Assembly (NCBI RefSeq): GCF_006345805.1
Contig: NC_042998.1
Coordinates: 195,796,001 to 195,860,000, forward strand
Reading direction: 5' to 3'
Length of the DNA stretch: 64,000 bases
Source of the DNA: Octopus sinensis
Taxonomy: Eukaryota
Under the pieces are notes generated by a model. The model searched no databases. It saw nothing but the letters and a program-made list of their open reading frames with translations, and had not been told where the DNA came from. Each line of letters begins with the position of its first letter. Position 1 is the stretch's first letter. A program made the translations under genes and the position numbers. This document shows, piece by piece, positions 25,264 to 37,904 of the stretch.

Positions 25264-26790
25264 TGAAAGAGGGGGTAATATGCCCTATCCATAAGGGAGG
25301 TAGCAGAGCAGATGCTAAAAATTATAGGCCTATCTCTCTGACCTCACACATCAGCAAAGTCATGGAACGAATAGTCCGTAAGAAACTAATCATGTTCCTT
25401 GAAGAAAATGACTTACTGTCTGACACCCAGCATGGATTTCGACCAGGTAGAGGCTGCCTAACACAGCTCCTGCAACACTATGACTGGGTGTTGAAACAGC
25501 TACTAAATGGCTCAAATGTGGATGTAATATATCTTGACTTTGCAAAAGCCTTTGATAAAGTCGACCATGGTATGATCTGTCACAAACTGCGTGGTCTCGG
25601 CATAGGCGGGAAACTTGGAGAGTGGCTGCACAACTTCCTAAAAGACAGAAAACAGGCAGTTGTGAGCAATGGAGCCACCTCCAGGGAAACGCAAATAACA
25701 AGCGGTGTCCCACAGGGCACTGTCTTGGGGCCACTGATGTTCATAGTGGCCCTTTCAGACATGCCTTCAGTTGCTACGATGACCACCCTTGCTAGCTATG
25801 CAGATGACACAAAGGTCTCCCACGCAATACAGAACCCTGAAAATATTGCGCATCTGCAACATGAGCTGGACACAATATACAGGTGGGCTGAGGACAACAA
25901 CATGCAGTTTAATGCAGGTAAGTTCCAGGCCCTGCGCAACTGGCACACAAAGGTAAATGACGTGAAGACTGGATACACTGGCCCAGGAAGAATTGCAATC
26001 CCTGAGTCAAAATCAGTGCGTGACCTGGGCATTGACATGAGCAATGATGCATCTTTCCAAATGCATATTGCTAATCTGGTGATAGAAATGCAGACGGCTA
26101 GCTGGATGGATTCTCCGAACTTTCAGAACAAGAGAGAAAGAGACACTGATGGTCCTATGGAAAACATTTGTCCTCAGCCGCTTGGACTACTGCTCCCAAC
26201 TTTGGTCACCACACAATATAAAACAAACAGCAGAACTCGAAGCAACTCAGAGAAGCTACACAAAGAAAATCGTCTCAATGCAAAATGTCAGCTACTGGAA
26301 AGACTGAAGGTATTAAATCTCTTCTCCCTGGAGCGGAGGGGGGAGAGATATGCAGTAATATACATCTGGAAAATCCTGGAGGGTCTTATCCCAAACTTTG
26401 GCATTCAAAGTTACTCCAACCGCAGAACGGGGCGCCGCTGCGTGGTGCCAAGGATTCCAACATCACCATCAAAATACAGGTCCAGATACTGCAACAGCTT
26501 GGGTTTCAGAGGACCACAGCTTTTCAACATCCTCCCTAAATGCCTGAGAGACTTACATGGTGTGGATGTGGGTTTCTTTAAAACTAAACTGGATCCCTTC
26601 TTGTTGGGAGTCCCAGATGAACCTACCTCACGACAGGAGACACGGATGCGGGCAGCAGCATCGAACTCCCTTGTTGATCAAGTGCCACGTATCAGAGGTG
26701 GATTCACAAACTAGTGTGGCTCATTCAGCGGTGGTGCCCCAGCATGGCCGCAGCCTTCGGGCTAAAACATTTTTATGGATTTAAGGATTT
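25264..26790 (+). mobile_element. CR1/L2-group LINE family A, copy 2 (5'-truncated)
   Basis: Highly similar to 23065-24565 but with its own substitutions and indels; same RT motifs. Confidence 0.95.
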
Positions 26791-26799
26791 ATATGTGTA

Positions 26800-26895
<96 letters not shown>

Positions 26896-26975
26896 TATAT
26901 ATATATATATATATGTGTATATAATATATATTATATATATATATTATAATATATATATATATATATGTATGTATG

Positions 26976-27036
<61 letters not shown>
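26791..27036. repeat. (TA)n microsatellite
   Basis: Direct reading. Confidence 0.95.
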
Positions 27037-27039
<3 letters not shown>

Positions 27040-28340
27040 TTGAAGATGTACTCAAAGCCTTGGGAACAGGTTCGAACTCTGATGTCATATATCTTGACTT
27101 CAGTAAAGCATTCGACAGGGTAGACCATAATATCCTACTCTCAAAATTGGCAAATGTTGGAATCCGTGGAAAAGTTCTACACTGGATCAAGTATTTCCTG
27201 GAGAATAGAACACAACATGTTGTAGTTGATGGAGTCCACTCAAGCCCAGCAAAAGTCACCAGCGGTGTCCCCCAGGGGACTGTCTTGGGTCCGCTACTCT
27301 TCATAATCTACATAAACGACCTTTCCAGTGTCATACATTACTGCAAAGTGAAAATATTTGCTGATGACACCAAGCTCCAGCAAATTGTCAATGAAGAAGC
27401 AGACCGAACTCAACTCCAGTCTGATCTATATGCTGTGAGTCAATGGGCAGACAGAAACAAAATGCAACTGAACGAGGGAAAATTTGAACTGATGCATTTT
27501 GGAAGAAACTCCTCACTAAAACAGCCATACTCTCTTCCTTCAGGGGAACCGCTCACAGCCTCTAACATCATCAGAGACCTAGGTGTAATTGTTGATGATG
27601 ATCTCAATTGGAGTGCACATATCAACAAGAAGGTCGATATAGCTCGTAGGATGAGTTCCTGGATCTTAAGAACTTTCCGGTCCAGAGAACAAGGTGTCAT
27701 CATACCACTCTTCTCCTCCTTTGTACGGCCACACCTCGAATACTGCTGCCCACTGTGGTCTCCCCATACAAGACAAAACATCTCAAGGATTGAATCATCC
27801 CAGAGAGCACTCACTAAACGAATTGAAGGCATGGCTGCTCTCGATTATTGGGATCGCTTTAAAGCCTTGAAACTCTACTCTCTCCAGCGTCACCGTGAAC
27901 GGTACATCATTTGTACGATGTGGAGAATATACCGCCAACTTTGCCCAAACGACCTGAACATAAGCTTCAAGGTTCATCCAAGACTGGGACCACGGGCCAT
28001 ACGTCCCCTGCCCAATTCAAGATCACAGCATACATGCACACTGCAACATAATTTCTTTTCTTCAACAGGCCCTGCCCTATTTAACATTGTCCCGAAAGAG
28101 ATCAAAGAGGAACAGGATCCCATCAACTTTAAACGGAGTCTGGATAGATTCCTTCAAAGAATACCAGATAAGCCACCCATAATTGGATACAACTCACCCA
28201 ACAAAAACTCACTACTTGAATGGACCATGAGCAAAACTTGACTTAAACAGGATTCAAATAATCCTATCAGGTGGTGCTATTAAGTTAGACATGGCCTGGA
28301 CCAATCATTGGTCGAAACACATCTAAGTTTATCTAAGTTA
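27037..28340 (+). mobile_element. CR1/L2-group LINE family B (5'-truncated; ~400 uninterrupted codons)
   Basis: [33 protein letters not shown]; stop at 28241; tail hairpin and (ATCTAAGTT)2. Confidence 0.95.
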
Positions 28341-28377
28341 TATATATATGTATATATATATATATGTATATATATAA

Positions 28378-28420
<43 letters not shown>

Positions 28421-28458
28421 TATATATATATATACATATATATGTATATATATGTATA

Positions 28459-28512
<54 letters not shown>

Positions 28513-28519
<7 letters not shown>

Positions 28520-31198
28520 TAAGTATAGGAAAGAATGGAGCTGAACGAAGATTTAACAAAATTCCTTTATTTTATTTTCGAACTCCTCGCAAGTCGTAAA
28601 TTGGTTCTCTTCTATCTCTAATAAAAACAGAACTAAATACATTCAGTTCGATATTGCTAATTTCTACCCCTCGATTAACCCTAGTGTACTCAATAAGGCC
28701 CTATGGCATGCACATAATAAGGCAGGCCTCACAAGAGAAGAAATTGATATAATTCTAGTCGCCAGAAAATCCTTTATACAGTTTGAAGATAAGTTATGGG
28801 TTCGTAAGGATACTCCCAACGAGTTCGATGTGCCTATGGGAAGTTCAGATAGCGCCCAGATAGCCGATTTGGTCGGAATCTATATTCTCTATGAATTATC
28901 CGACCAATTCCCGGACATCGGCGGCGGTCTATATCGTGACGATTGTCTGTTTTACCTACAGAATACCCCGAATAGAATGATACAGAAAACTAAAAATAGA
29001 TTAGCTAGGTTCTTTAGTAGGATGGGCATGAGCATAGTTTTTGATAACGAACTTACTAAGGCCAATTTCTTAGATGTCACACTAAACCTCCATAGCGATT
29101 CGTACTGCCCCTACCACAAATCTTCCACTAACTTAACGTATGTCAGTGTTTTCTCTAACCACGCAAAAACTATCACAGATAATTTAGTTAAAAATATTTC
29201 TCTAAGATTATCAAATTTATAGCCAACGTCGACATTTTTAAGCATAAAGCGGAATTCTATAATGCCGCCCTGTCAAAAGCCGGTTATAGGGAAAAGGTAA
29301 CATATATAGACCCGGCCCTTCCGAAACCAGAATTTTATCATCAGGATAAGTCAACTTACAATAGTATAAATAATATAAGTAGTGATGGTAGCTTTAGGAA
29401 TGTCGACACAAGTACAGCTAACACAAATAATTTGCGGTCCATGGGAGGCCATCGTAGGCCAAAACCCATTATTCAACCCAGAGATGCCCCCCTTAATGTA
29501 AGAATTGACTCTCCGAGCCAGTACAAGAACAAGAAAAACTATATCTGGTTTGTGATTCCCTTTGGTAAACAAATAAGATCTAACCTACCATTGCAGTTTC
29601 GCCAAGCCATTGCCAGAAATTTTCCCAGAAATTCGAGATATTACTCCACTATAAATTCGCACAAAGTAAGGATAGCTTTCTCAAATACTAAAAATCTTTC
29701 ACAGATAATTGCCTCCCATAACAATAAGCTGCTAAATAAGGCCCTGTCACCCATGAGCAGAGACTCTGCCCCGTCAAATTCCAACATAACGTATAGTAAT
29801 AATAATAATAATAATAGAAGTAGCACAGATATTAGCAGCCTTCATACCAACATTGGAGTTAGTAATAGTAATAAGGAAAAGAGCACTGATCTCGTCATTA
29901 ACGAAGGGAGTCCCAACAATAATATTAGCAGCGGTTTTAACAACAGTAGTTTTACGGACATTATCAATCACAGCATTCCCAGTAACAGGGAATATGCAGG
30001 TGATATTGCCTTAAATAGTAATGATAATGGGGTGAATAGTATCGAATCCAGCGGTAGTTTTTACAACCATCATAGTAATAAGAACGCTGTATTAGTATCG
30101 GAAGCCAATCCCAATAGATTAAGGTTTTTATCTAGTAACTCCAAAATTAGAAACGCCATTTATCAGTGCAGAGTTTATACTGAATCCGATGTCTTCCTCT
30201 ATATCGGCGCTACATCATCAAAATTAGCCACAAGAATATTGAACCATTTTTCCACGTTCCAAGATAGAGAGAAGCAACACGCTACTGGGCTAAGCAAATC
30301 AGTCTGGCGTCTGAAGAATGCGAATTCAACTTTTAGACTGGAATGGTCAATTTTATCGGTGTCTTTACCGTTTGATAAGGGCAAAAAAATCTGTGCCCTT
30401 TGTAACTCCGAACTATTTCATATTTTGTTCGCCCGAGGACGGCTAGTAAACTCGATTGTGCAGAGTTCTTTCAGATGCCTTCACTGGAAAAGGCATACCT
30501 TTCTCTCATACCAATGAAGTCTAATATAGATAACCCCTGGATTTCCTAATAAAATTTGAAGGGTGATATCTCATCCCTGTTAGTATAAGAACTACTGCCA
30601 TTCCCTACAGCAACACTGCATCCTGTCATTGATATTGTGGACGCCCTCTCTCTATTAAGTTGTCACATTCGAACACACAGACACAGCCTTTTCAGTTTCT
30701 TGACCGTTAATTCTTGCTATCTCTCTCTCTCTCTGCTTCCAAACACACTGTCACGCATTCAAAGACGCACACACACATACATTAAGGCAATTTTTCACAC
30801 TCATTCATAAAATAAATCAAATATAAACACCAGTCATACAGAATACATTCACACTCTTTAATTTTCCTGTACCCTCCTTCTACTACCTTGATTCTGACCT
30901 TGAACTATCTCAACGGACAATCTCTTCTGCTTTCATCCAATCTGGCATCAACGCATATAAATAGACATTTTGTATCATTAATTTCATGGGCTCCTCGCGA
31001 GCAGTTGTCGAAAAGCTTGTTATGCATTTTGTTGGAGAATTAAGTTCCTGGATTTTCCTGAAGAGAAAGCTGCAAAATGGACTCCTTATTCCATCCGAAT
31101 TAGGGACTTTGCAGACTTCGAAACATATGTCGAAAATAAAATAAAGGAATTTTGTTAAATCTTTGTTCAGCTCCATTCTTTCCTATACTTAATATATA
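28513..31198 (+). mobile_element. Penelope-like element (RT + GIY-YIG endonuclease) with 3' pseudo-LTR and 69-bp inverted 5' repeat
   Basis: RT: FDIANFYPSI, PMGSSDS, YRDD (frame 28582-29222, then a frameshift). GIY-YIG: IYQCRVY...LYIGAT...RILNH...CALCNSE (to 30517). 28513-28581 is the reverse complement of 31130-31198 (68/69). Confidence 0.9.
31052..31137 (+). ncRNA. Type I hammerhead ribozyme motif in the Penelope pLTR
   Basis: ATTTTC-CTGAAGA-stem II (GAAAGCTGCAAA...TTTGCAGACTTC)-GAAAC-ATAT-GTC|GAAAAT. Stem I is 6 bp; stem III ACATATGT is palindromic; predicted cut after 31131. Confidence 0.8.
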
Positions 31199-31369
31199 AA
31201 ACTTCAAATTTCCGCACTAAGGCACAGATTTTATGCCCCATGGTCGTAACTTCAACCGTGCCCTTTCTGTTGTGAATTTTGCTACCCAGGTATCGGTTAT
31301 CTTTCGAATTATCCGTAATAAGATAATTCATTTGTTTACTTCAATAATTATATATATATATATATATAT

Positions 31370-31402
<33 letters not shown>

Positions 31403-31429
31403 CATACATATATATATGTATATATACAT

Positions 31430-31610
31430 ACATATATTTATACGACGGCTTTCTTTCAGTTTCCGTCTACAAAATCCACTCACAAGATTTTGGTCAGCCC
31501 ACTCCTGAAGTAGAAGACACTTACATAAGGGAGCCATGCAAGGGGACTGAACCCTGAACCTGTGTGGTTAGGAAGCAAGCTTCTTACCTCACAGTCACGT
31601 CTGTGCCTAT
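31430..31610 (-). mobile_element. SINE family B, partial
   Basis: Head half of family B. Confidence 0.7.
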
Positions 31611-32320
31611 AATGAAGTATTTCCACTTATGGTTTGCGTATCTATTTCTAGCATAATAACCTATGAGGTAATGTCGTTACTGAAGCATGAAAAGACATTC
31701 CTCATCTCTCATACACACAACTGGGCAAACATTGACAGTATTTTTTATTCATATCTTACATGGAATATATATGTTACGGAGATGTACTTGCACAGCAAGT
31801 GACCCGATCTGAGTTCGTGTGCTGGAACGAAAAACAATTGCAGCGTGGAAAGTGTTTATAAGCCATTTAAGAAACACACAAAAACCGTTAGATTCACTTC
31901 AACATTTAAATTTAATTTGTCAAAATAATTTCGTCGCTTTGAGACGGCGACCTGTTCACTGATAAAATTCTGAATATTATGAAAAAACAGCTTTTATTAA
32001 AAATATCAGAATTGATGAGGATATATAAAAATATAGTATTAGCAAGTTGTTATAACATGCTGTTATATCTTCTTTATCGTGTGGATATATTTATTGTTAT
32101 ATAAGATATTCCTTTCAACAAATGACTTTTGATATTGATACAGTCACTCTTCTCTATGATGAGAAAGATATCTGTAGTTAATTGTCTTTTTTCAGAGAAG
32201 GATATACCACAGAATCAGTTACATGGGTTCTCTTCCATATCAATGTGTATCTGTGTTTATCTAAGAGATTTATTTGAGAGAACCATTCACCACAGATATC
32301 ACAATGACATGGTTTCTCTC

Positions 32321-34603
32321 CTAATGAATGAGTCTGTGAGTGGTCAAGTGATCTATTTCAGAGAATGATTCACCACAGGTGTCACAATGATGTGATTTCA
32401 TTCCTGAATGACTACCTTTGTGTTTATTTAAATGTCCCTTTTGGGTGAATGATTTACCACAGATATCACATTCATATGGTCTCTCACCTGTATGAATACG
32501 TTTGTGATTAGTTAAGTAAGCTTTTAAAGAGAATGATTTCCCACAGATATCACAGTGGTAACGTTTCTCACCTGTATGAATACGTTTATGTACAGTCATA
32601 GAACTTCTGAGAGTGAATGATTTACCACAGATGTCACAGTGATATGGAGTCTTTCCTGGATGAGTAAGTCTGTGTGAAGTCAAGGTGCCACTCTGAGAGA
32701 ATGATTTACCACAGATATCACAATGATGTGGCTTCTCTCCTGTATGAGTAAGTCTGTGTGTAGTTAAATGTCCCTTTTGGGAAAATGATTTCTCACAAGT
32801 ATCGCAATGATATGGTTTCTCTCCTGTGTGAATAAGTTTGTGTTTAGCTAAGTTAGCTTTCACGGAGAATAATTTATCACAGATGTCACACTGAAAAGGT
32901 TTCTCTCCTGTATGAATACGTTTATGAATCGCTAATTCAGACCCTATAGAAAATGATTTACCACAAATATCACAGTGATATGGTTTCTCTCCTGTATGGG
33001 CACGTTTGTGTACAGGTATAGAACTTCTGTGAGTGAATGATTTACCACAGATATCACAGTGGTGTGGTTTCTCACCTGTATGGGTAAGTTTGTGTTTAGT
33101 TAAATTACTTTTGCAAGAGAAAGATTTATCACAGTTGTCACACTGATAAGGTTTCTCACCTGTATGAATACGTTTATGGGTGTATAAATTATTTCTGCGA
33201 GAGAATGATTTACTGCATATATCACAGTGATACGGTTTCTCACCCGTATGAATGCGTTTGTGAAGAGTTACTTGACCACTCTGAGAGAATGATTTACCAC
33301 AGACATCACAGCGATATGGTTTCAATCCTGTATGAGTCTGTTTGTGTAGAGTTAGAGTATCTTTATGAGAGAATGATTTACCACAGATATCACAGTGATA
33401 TGGTTTCTCTCCTGTATGAGTGTGTCTGTGGCTAGTTAAACTAGCTTTAGAAGAGAATGACTTACCACAGGTATCACAGGGATGGGGTTTCTCACCTGTA
33501 TGAGTACGTTTATGGTTGGTTAAATTTGTTTTGTAAGCAAACGATTTGTTGCACGTGTTACAGTGGTATGGCTTCTCACCTGTATGAATACGTTTGTGAA
33601 GAGTAACTTTACTACTTTGAGAGAATGATTTACCACAGATATCACAGTGATATAGTTTCAATCCTGAATGAACATGTTTGTGTAAAGCTATGGCATTTCT
33701 GTGAGAGAATGATTTACCACAGATATCACAGCGATATGGCTTCTCTCCTGTATGAATACGTTTGTGAGTGGTCAAGTGGTGACTACGACTGAATGATTTA
33801 CCACAGACATCACACCGATATGGTTTCTCTCCTGTATGAATACGTTTGTGTGCACTTAAGAGATCTTTACGATAGAATGATTTACTACAAATATCACAAG
33901 GGTATTTCCTCTCACCTGTATGAGTAGGTTTGTGGTTAGATAAGGTATTTTTGTGAGTAAAAGATTTACCACAGATATCACAATGATATGGTTTCTCTCC
34001 TGTATGAAGGCGCTTGTGTACAAATAAACAGGAATTTTGAGAGAAAGCTTTTCCACAGACATCACAGTGATATGGCTTCTCACCTGTATGGATATTCATG
34101 TGAGTAGCTAAAATAGGTTTTCCCGAGAATGATTTTCCACAGATATTACAGTGGAACAGCTTCTCTCCAGTATGAACATGCATGTGTTTAATTAAGGTAT
34201 TTCTCAGACGAAATGATTTCCCACAGGTATCACAATGATATGGTCTCTCACCTGTATGAATGCGTTTGTGAGCAGTTAAGGTATAATTTTTAGAGAATGA
34301 TTCACCACATATGCCGCAACGGTATGGTTTCTCTCCAATATGAACATTTCTATGAACATTTAAGGTATTTACCAGAGAGAAAGATTTACCACAGACATCA
34401 CAGTGATGCGGTTTCTCACCTGTATGAACAAGTTTGTGATTTGTCAAGGTATTCCTTTGAGAGAAAGATTTACCACAGATACCACAGTGATAGGGTTTCT
34501 CACCTGTATGAATGCGTTTGTGAATATCCAATGCATTATTTGCAGAGAATGATTTACCACAGATATCACAGTCGTGTACAGATTTTCCTCGTTCTTTTGG
34601 CAT
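32321..34603 (-). CDS. C2H2 zinc-finger protein, 27 tandem fingers (ZNF-1)
   Basis: Intact ORF of CxxC-12-HxxxH units with TGEKP linkers. First ATG at 34603 (MPKERGK); the ORF track starts at a TTG at 34645. Putative exon acceptor at 35034. Confidence 0.92.
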   Translation of the reverse strand: MPKERGKSVHDCDICGKSFSANNALDIHKRIHTGEKPYHCGICGKSFSQRNTLTNHKLVHTGEKPHHCDVCGKSFSLVNTLNVHRNVHIGEKPYRCGICGESFSKNYTLTAHKRIHTGERPYHCDTCGKSFRLRNTLIKHMHVHTGEKLFHCNICGKSFSGKPILATHMNIHTGEKPYHCDVCGKAFSQNSCLFVHKRLHTGEKPYHCDICGKSFTHKNTLSNHKPTHTGERKYPCDICSKSFYRKDLLSAHKRIHTGEKPYRCDVCGKSFSRSHHLTTHKRIHTGEKPYRCDICGKSFSHRNAIALHKHVHSGLKLYHCDICGKSFSQSSKVTLHKRIHTGEKPYHCNTCNKSFAYKTNLTNHKRTHTGEKPHPCDTCGKSFSSKASLTSHRHTHTGEKPYHCDICGKSFSHKDTLTLHKQTHTGLKPYRCDVCGKSFSQSGQVTLHKRIHTGEKPYHCDICSKSFSRRNNLYTHKRIHTGEKPYQCDNCDKSFSCKSNLTKHKLTHTGEKPHHCDICGKSFTHRSSIPVHKRAHTGEKPYHCDICGKSFSIGSELAIHKRIHTGEKPFQCDICDKLFSVKANLAKHKLIHTGEKPYHCDTCEKSFSQKGHLTTHRLTHTGEKPHHCDICGKSFSQSGTLTSHRLTHPGKTPYHCDICGKSFTLRSSMTVHKRIHTGEKRYHCDICGKSFSLKAYLTNHKRIHTGERPYECDICGKSFTQKGHLNKHKGSHSGMKSHHCDTCGESFSEIDHLTTHRLIH

Positions 34604-35104
34604 CTCTGCAGCTAAAACTAACAAAACTCCAAGATTCTCACACAATTCCTCTTTCTGTAATTTTTTTCTTCAACAAAATGGTCTGGAATTTTCCTTTCTT
34701 CTTGTTTCTATATTTTATTCCTAACGAATGTTACAACTGCCTTATTTTTATCAAATATAAGTTTTACTGATATCTTCAGATGTTGCAAATGTCTTTTTAA
34801 ATTTATCCAAGTTCATTCAGAATTCGAAATTATATTCTACCCCATTTGAGACAGCGAATCCAAGAAATTTCACCAATAATGTCACTCATAGGAAATATTT
34901 TACTGTAATTTACAGTTAATTTACATAAACAGGGTTCTTATATCCAGTTCTGTGTGACATCGTCTTCAAAATATGATAAACATTGATGACGCTTCTGCAG
35001 TAAAATTCCTCTGATGCCAATATCCTCTGATATTCTGAAATAAGAGAGAAACAACAGTTTAAGACAGAGTGTAGCTTTGGTTATGACAAAGGCTTGGTGT
35101 TCAT

Positions 35105-35304
35105 TTATACTCTTTTACTTGTTTCAGTCATTTGACTGTGGCCATGCTGGAGCACCGCCTTTAGTCGAGCAAATCGACCCCGGGACTTATTCTTTGTAAG
35201 CCCAGTACTTATTCTATCGGTCTCTTTTGCCGAACCGCTAAGTGACGGGGACGTAAATACAAACCAGCATCGGTTGTCAAGCAATGCTAGGGGGACAAAC
35301 ACAG

Positions 35305-35368
<64 letters not shown>

Positions 35369-35532
35369 GACAGGCTTCTTTCAGTTTCCGTCTACCAAAT
35401 CCACTCACAAGGCATTGGTCGGCCCGGGGCTATAGCAGAAGACACTTGCCCAAGATGCCACGGAGTGGGATTGAACCCAGAACCATGTGGTTGGTTAGCA
35501 AGCTACTTACCACACAGCCACTCCTGCGCCTA
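35105..35532 (-). mobile_element. SINE family B
   Basis: Full-length; inverted partner at 35770-36172. Confidence 0.85.
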
Positions 35533-35769
35533 ATATATACGACATTTACTGCTACATTTTTTTTAAACAAGGCTTCATGAAAACACAGACTCAATCTTAT
35601 ATGAACATTGTATTTGGGAGGAGTTGAAGGCCTTCAACAGATAACATTGTGTAACACAATTTCTGTCCTTGGGGAGCAACTGTTATTTCTTATTTGCCAA
35701 ACGCATCTTTTTATGTGTTCAGTAAGTTAATTGAAAGGAACAGCGGTTTTTTAAAATAATTTCCATATA

Positions 35770-35940
35770 GCCGCAGGAGTGGCTGTGTGGTAAGTAGCTT
35801 GCTAACCAACCACATGGTTCCGGGTTCAGTCCCACTGTGTGGCATCTTGGGCAAGTGTCTTCTGCTATAGCCTCGGGCCGACCAAAGCCTTGTGAGTGGA
35901 TTTGGTAGACGGAAACTGAAAGAGGCCTGTCGTATATATG

Positions 35941-35971
<31 letters not shown>

Positions 35972-36172
35972 TTGTGTGTCTGTGTTTGTCCCCCTAGCAT
36001 TACTTGACAACCGATGCTGGTGTGTTTATGTCCCCGTTACTTAGTGGTTCGGCAAAAGAGACCGATAGAATAAGTACTGGGCTTACAAAAAGAATAAGTC
36101 CCGCGGTCGAGTTGCTCGATTAAAGGCGGTGCTCCAGCATGGCCGCAATCAAATGACTGAAACAAGTAAAGA
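35770..36172 (+). mobile_element. SINE family B
   Basis: Full-length. Confidence 0.85.
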
Positions 36173-36783
36173 GTAACTAAACACTTTGAAACCTCGTATA
36201 CTGGTAGAATGTGTTTAAAACATCTTTTTCTCTTGGCTTTATTGAGAAAATTCTGTAGTTTGTAAGATATTTGTTGTTTTTTTTTCTTTCAATTTCTGCA
36301 ATTTCAACCAATCAATGACGTCTATTGAGGTGAGCATATACTGTGCTGTATGAATATGTCCCTCGTTTAAAAACCAGACTGGGTTTATTTACATTTGTGA
36401 AGAAAAAAAAGATACCCTGGTACTACTGGCGAACAGTGGTCCCGGTGCGCGCACACGCGTAGTCGTGACTAGTCGATCCTACAACGACTACCTAGCAAAG
36501 TAAATAAAACACAAAATAAATAATTTTTTTAAACAAAGTAAATAACACAAAAACACAAAGTAAGGATCGACTAGTCACGACTAGCTGGCGCGGATACGCG
36601 ACTGCACGTGTGCGCGAATCGGAACCACTGTTCTCAAGTAGTACCAGATACCCTTCCCTCCACCCCTAACCCTAACCCTAAAACAGATTGAAATGCAATA
36701 GATCGATACTAGGGTCATAATTATGGATGACAATTTCATATGACACCGCTAGAAAAAACTGTCGGTCAAACCGAAAAGATCCC
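36173..36783 (+). mobile_element. MITE-like element with GAAAAGATCCC terminus and (CCCTAA)n, copy 1 (interrupted by a Mutator-like MITE)
   Basis: Reverse-complement match to 37905-38406. Both copies expose a GAAAAGATCCC end (36783, 38450), implying terminal inverted repeats. Confidence 0.65.
36419..36645. mobile_element. Mutator-like MITE, copy 1
   Basis: TIRs GGTACTAC...GTAGTACC; 9-bp TSD AGATACCCT at 36410-36418 and 36646-36654. Confidence 0.85.
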
Positions 36784-37088
36784 GTGTGTTTTTATAAAAA
36801 TTTTTTTTTTGTATTTACATGTGAACACACAGAGGAACCTGCACACACACACACACAACCCATTGGCTTTCTCCTCCCAACCGACAAGACAACGTGTGGT
36901 CACGGAAACGACCGAATACAGAGTTTACATTATTTCGAGTCAAAACGAAAGATCGCCCTGCTTCCTACAGTTTCTTTTGATGTGAATAATACTGACACAT
37001 TAATAACAAATCTATTATAAGAGACGGATGTTCAAATGAGAACTTCATCTACGACAGACAATGGCAGGATATATATATAACACTTACG

Positions 37089-37251
37089 AAGGGGGCGAGC
37101 TGGCAGAAACAATAGCACGTCTGCCGTTACGTTCTGAGTTCAAATTCCGCCGAGGTCGACTTTGCCTTTCATCCTTTCGGGGACTTAATCCCTTTGTCTG
37201 TCCTTGTTTGTCCCCTCTATGTTTAGCCCCTTGTGGGTAGTAAAGAAACAG
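37089..37251 (+). mobile_element. SINE family A monomer with internal deletions
   Basis: 18-bp TSD ATATATATAACACTTACG at 37071-37088 and 37252-37269. Confidence 0.8.
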
Positions 37252-37904
37252 ATATATATAACACTTACGTATTATTTATAGACCCAATGTAGAGGAGGAA
37301 GGTATCACAATAAATCCAAGGTGGAGGATAAGCAGATAATATTTAGATCCGGTAAGGACGAGGTCGCAGTACGTTCAGGTAGTGAGAACTTAAGCCAAGG
37401 TAGACAACGACAACTTCGTAAGAAATTCTAGGTTTTATTATAGACGATATGTTTTTAAGATTAGCGTAATAAGGAATGCAGTAGATGATTTCTCTATATG
37501 CTTAATTAGCAATCACGTCTATCGACCTAAATCTCAGCTAATTATCTGTTGAACGGATGTGACCGGTGATATACACGAGGGTCAATCAACAGCAGGGAAT
37601 GGGAAAATATTGCGGGAGAAAAGTGCGGGAATTGCTAGGGGGAAGTAACTCTACATTTATAGAGTTCTTTATTCACACTTAAGGTCATTTAGAGTTCAGT
37701 CGGTGTACCAGTTATACGCGGTGGGACTGTTTTAGGAGTTAATCATTTTTATATCCGTGACAAACGTTGGATATATAATTTAATGAAGCGAAGGTAAAAT
37801 TAATGTATATTTCTTTACTACCCACAAGGGGCTAAACACAGAGGAGACAAACAAGGACAAACGAACGGATTAAGTCGATTATATCGACCTCAGTGCGTAA
37901 CTGG

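Noticed and set aside
24342-25294. Long YIYI/VCVC/HTHT ORFs here and at 6384-6870, 26789-27304 and 28308-28559
   Set aside because: Translations of (TA)n/(GT)n microsatellites.
32129-34770. Plus-strand ORFs overlapping ZNF-1 (and minus-strand ORFs over ZNF-2)
   Set aside because: Shadow ORFs of the repetitive zinc-finger codons.
36660-36682. Telomere or chromosome-fusion relic from TTAGGG repeats (also 14559, 37938, 39420)
   Set aside because: Only 2-3 units, embedded in interspersed elements.
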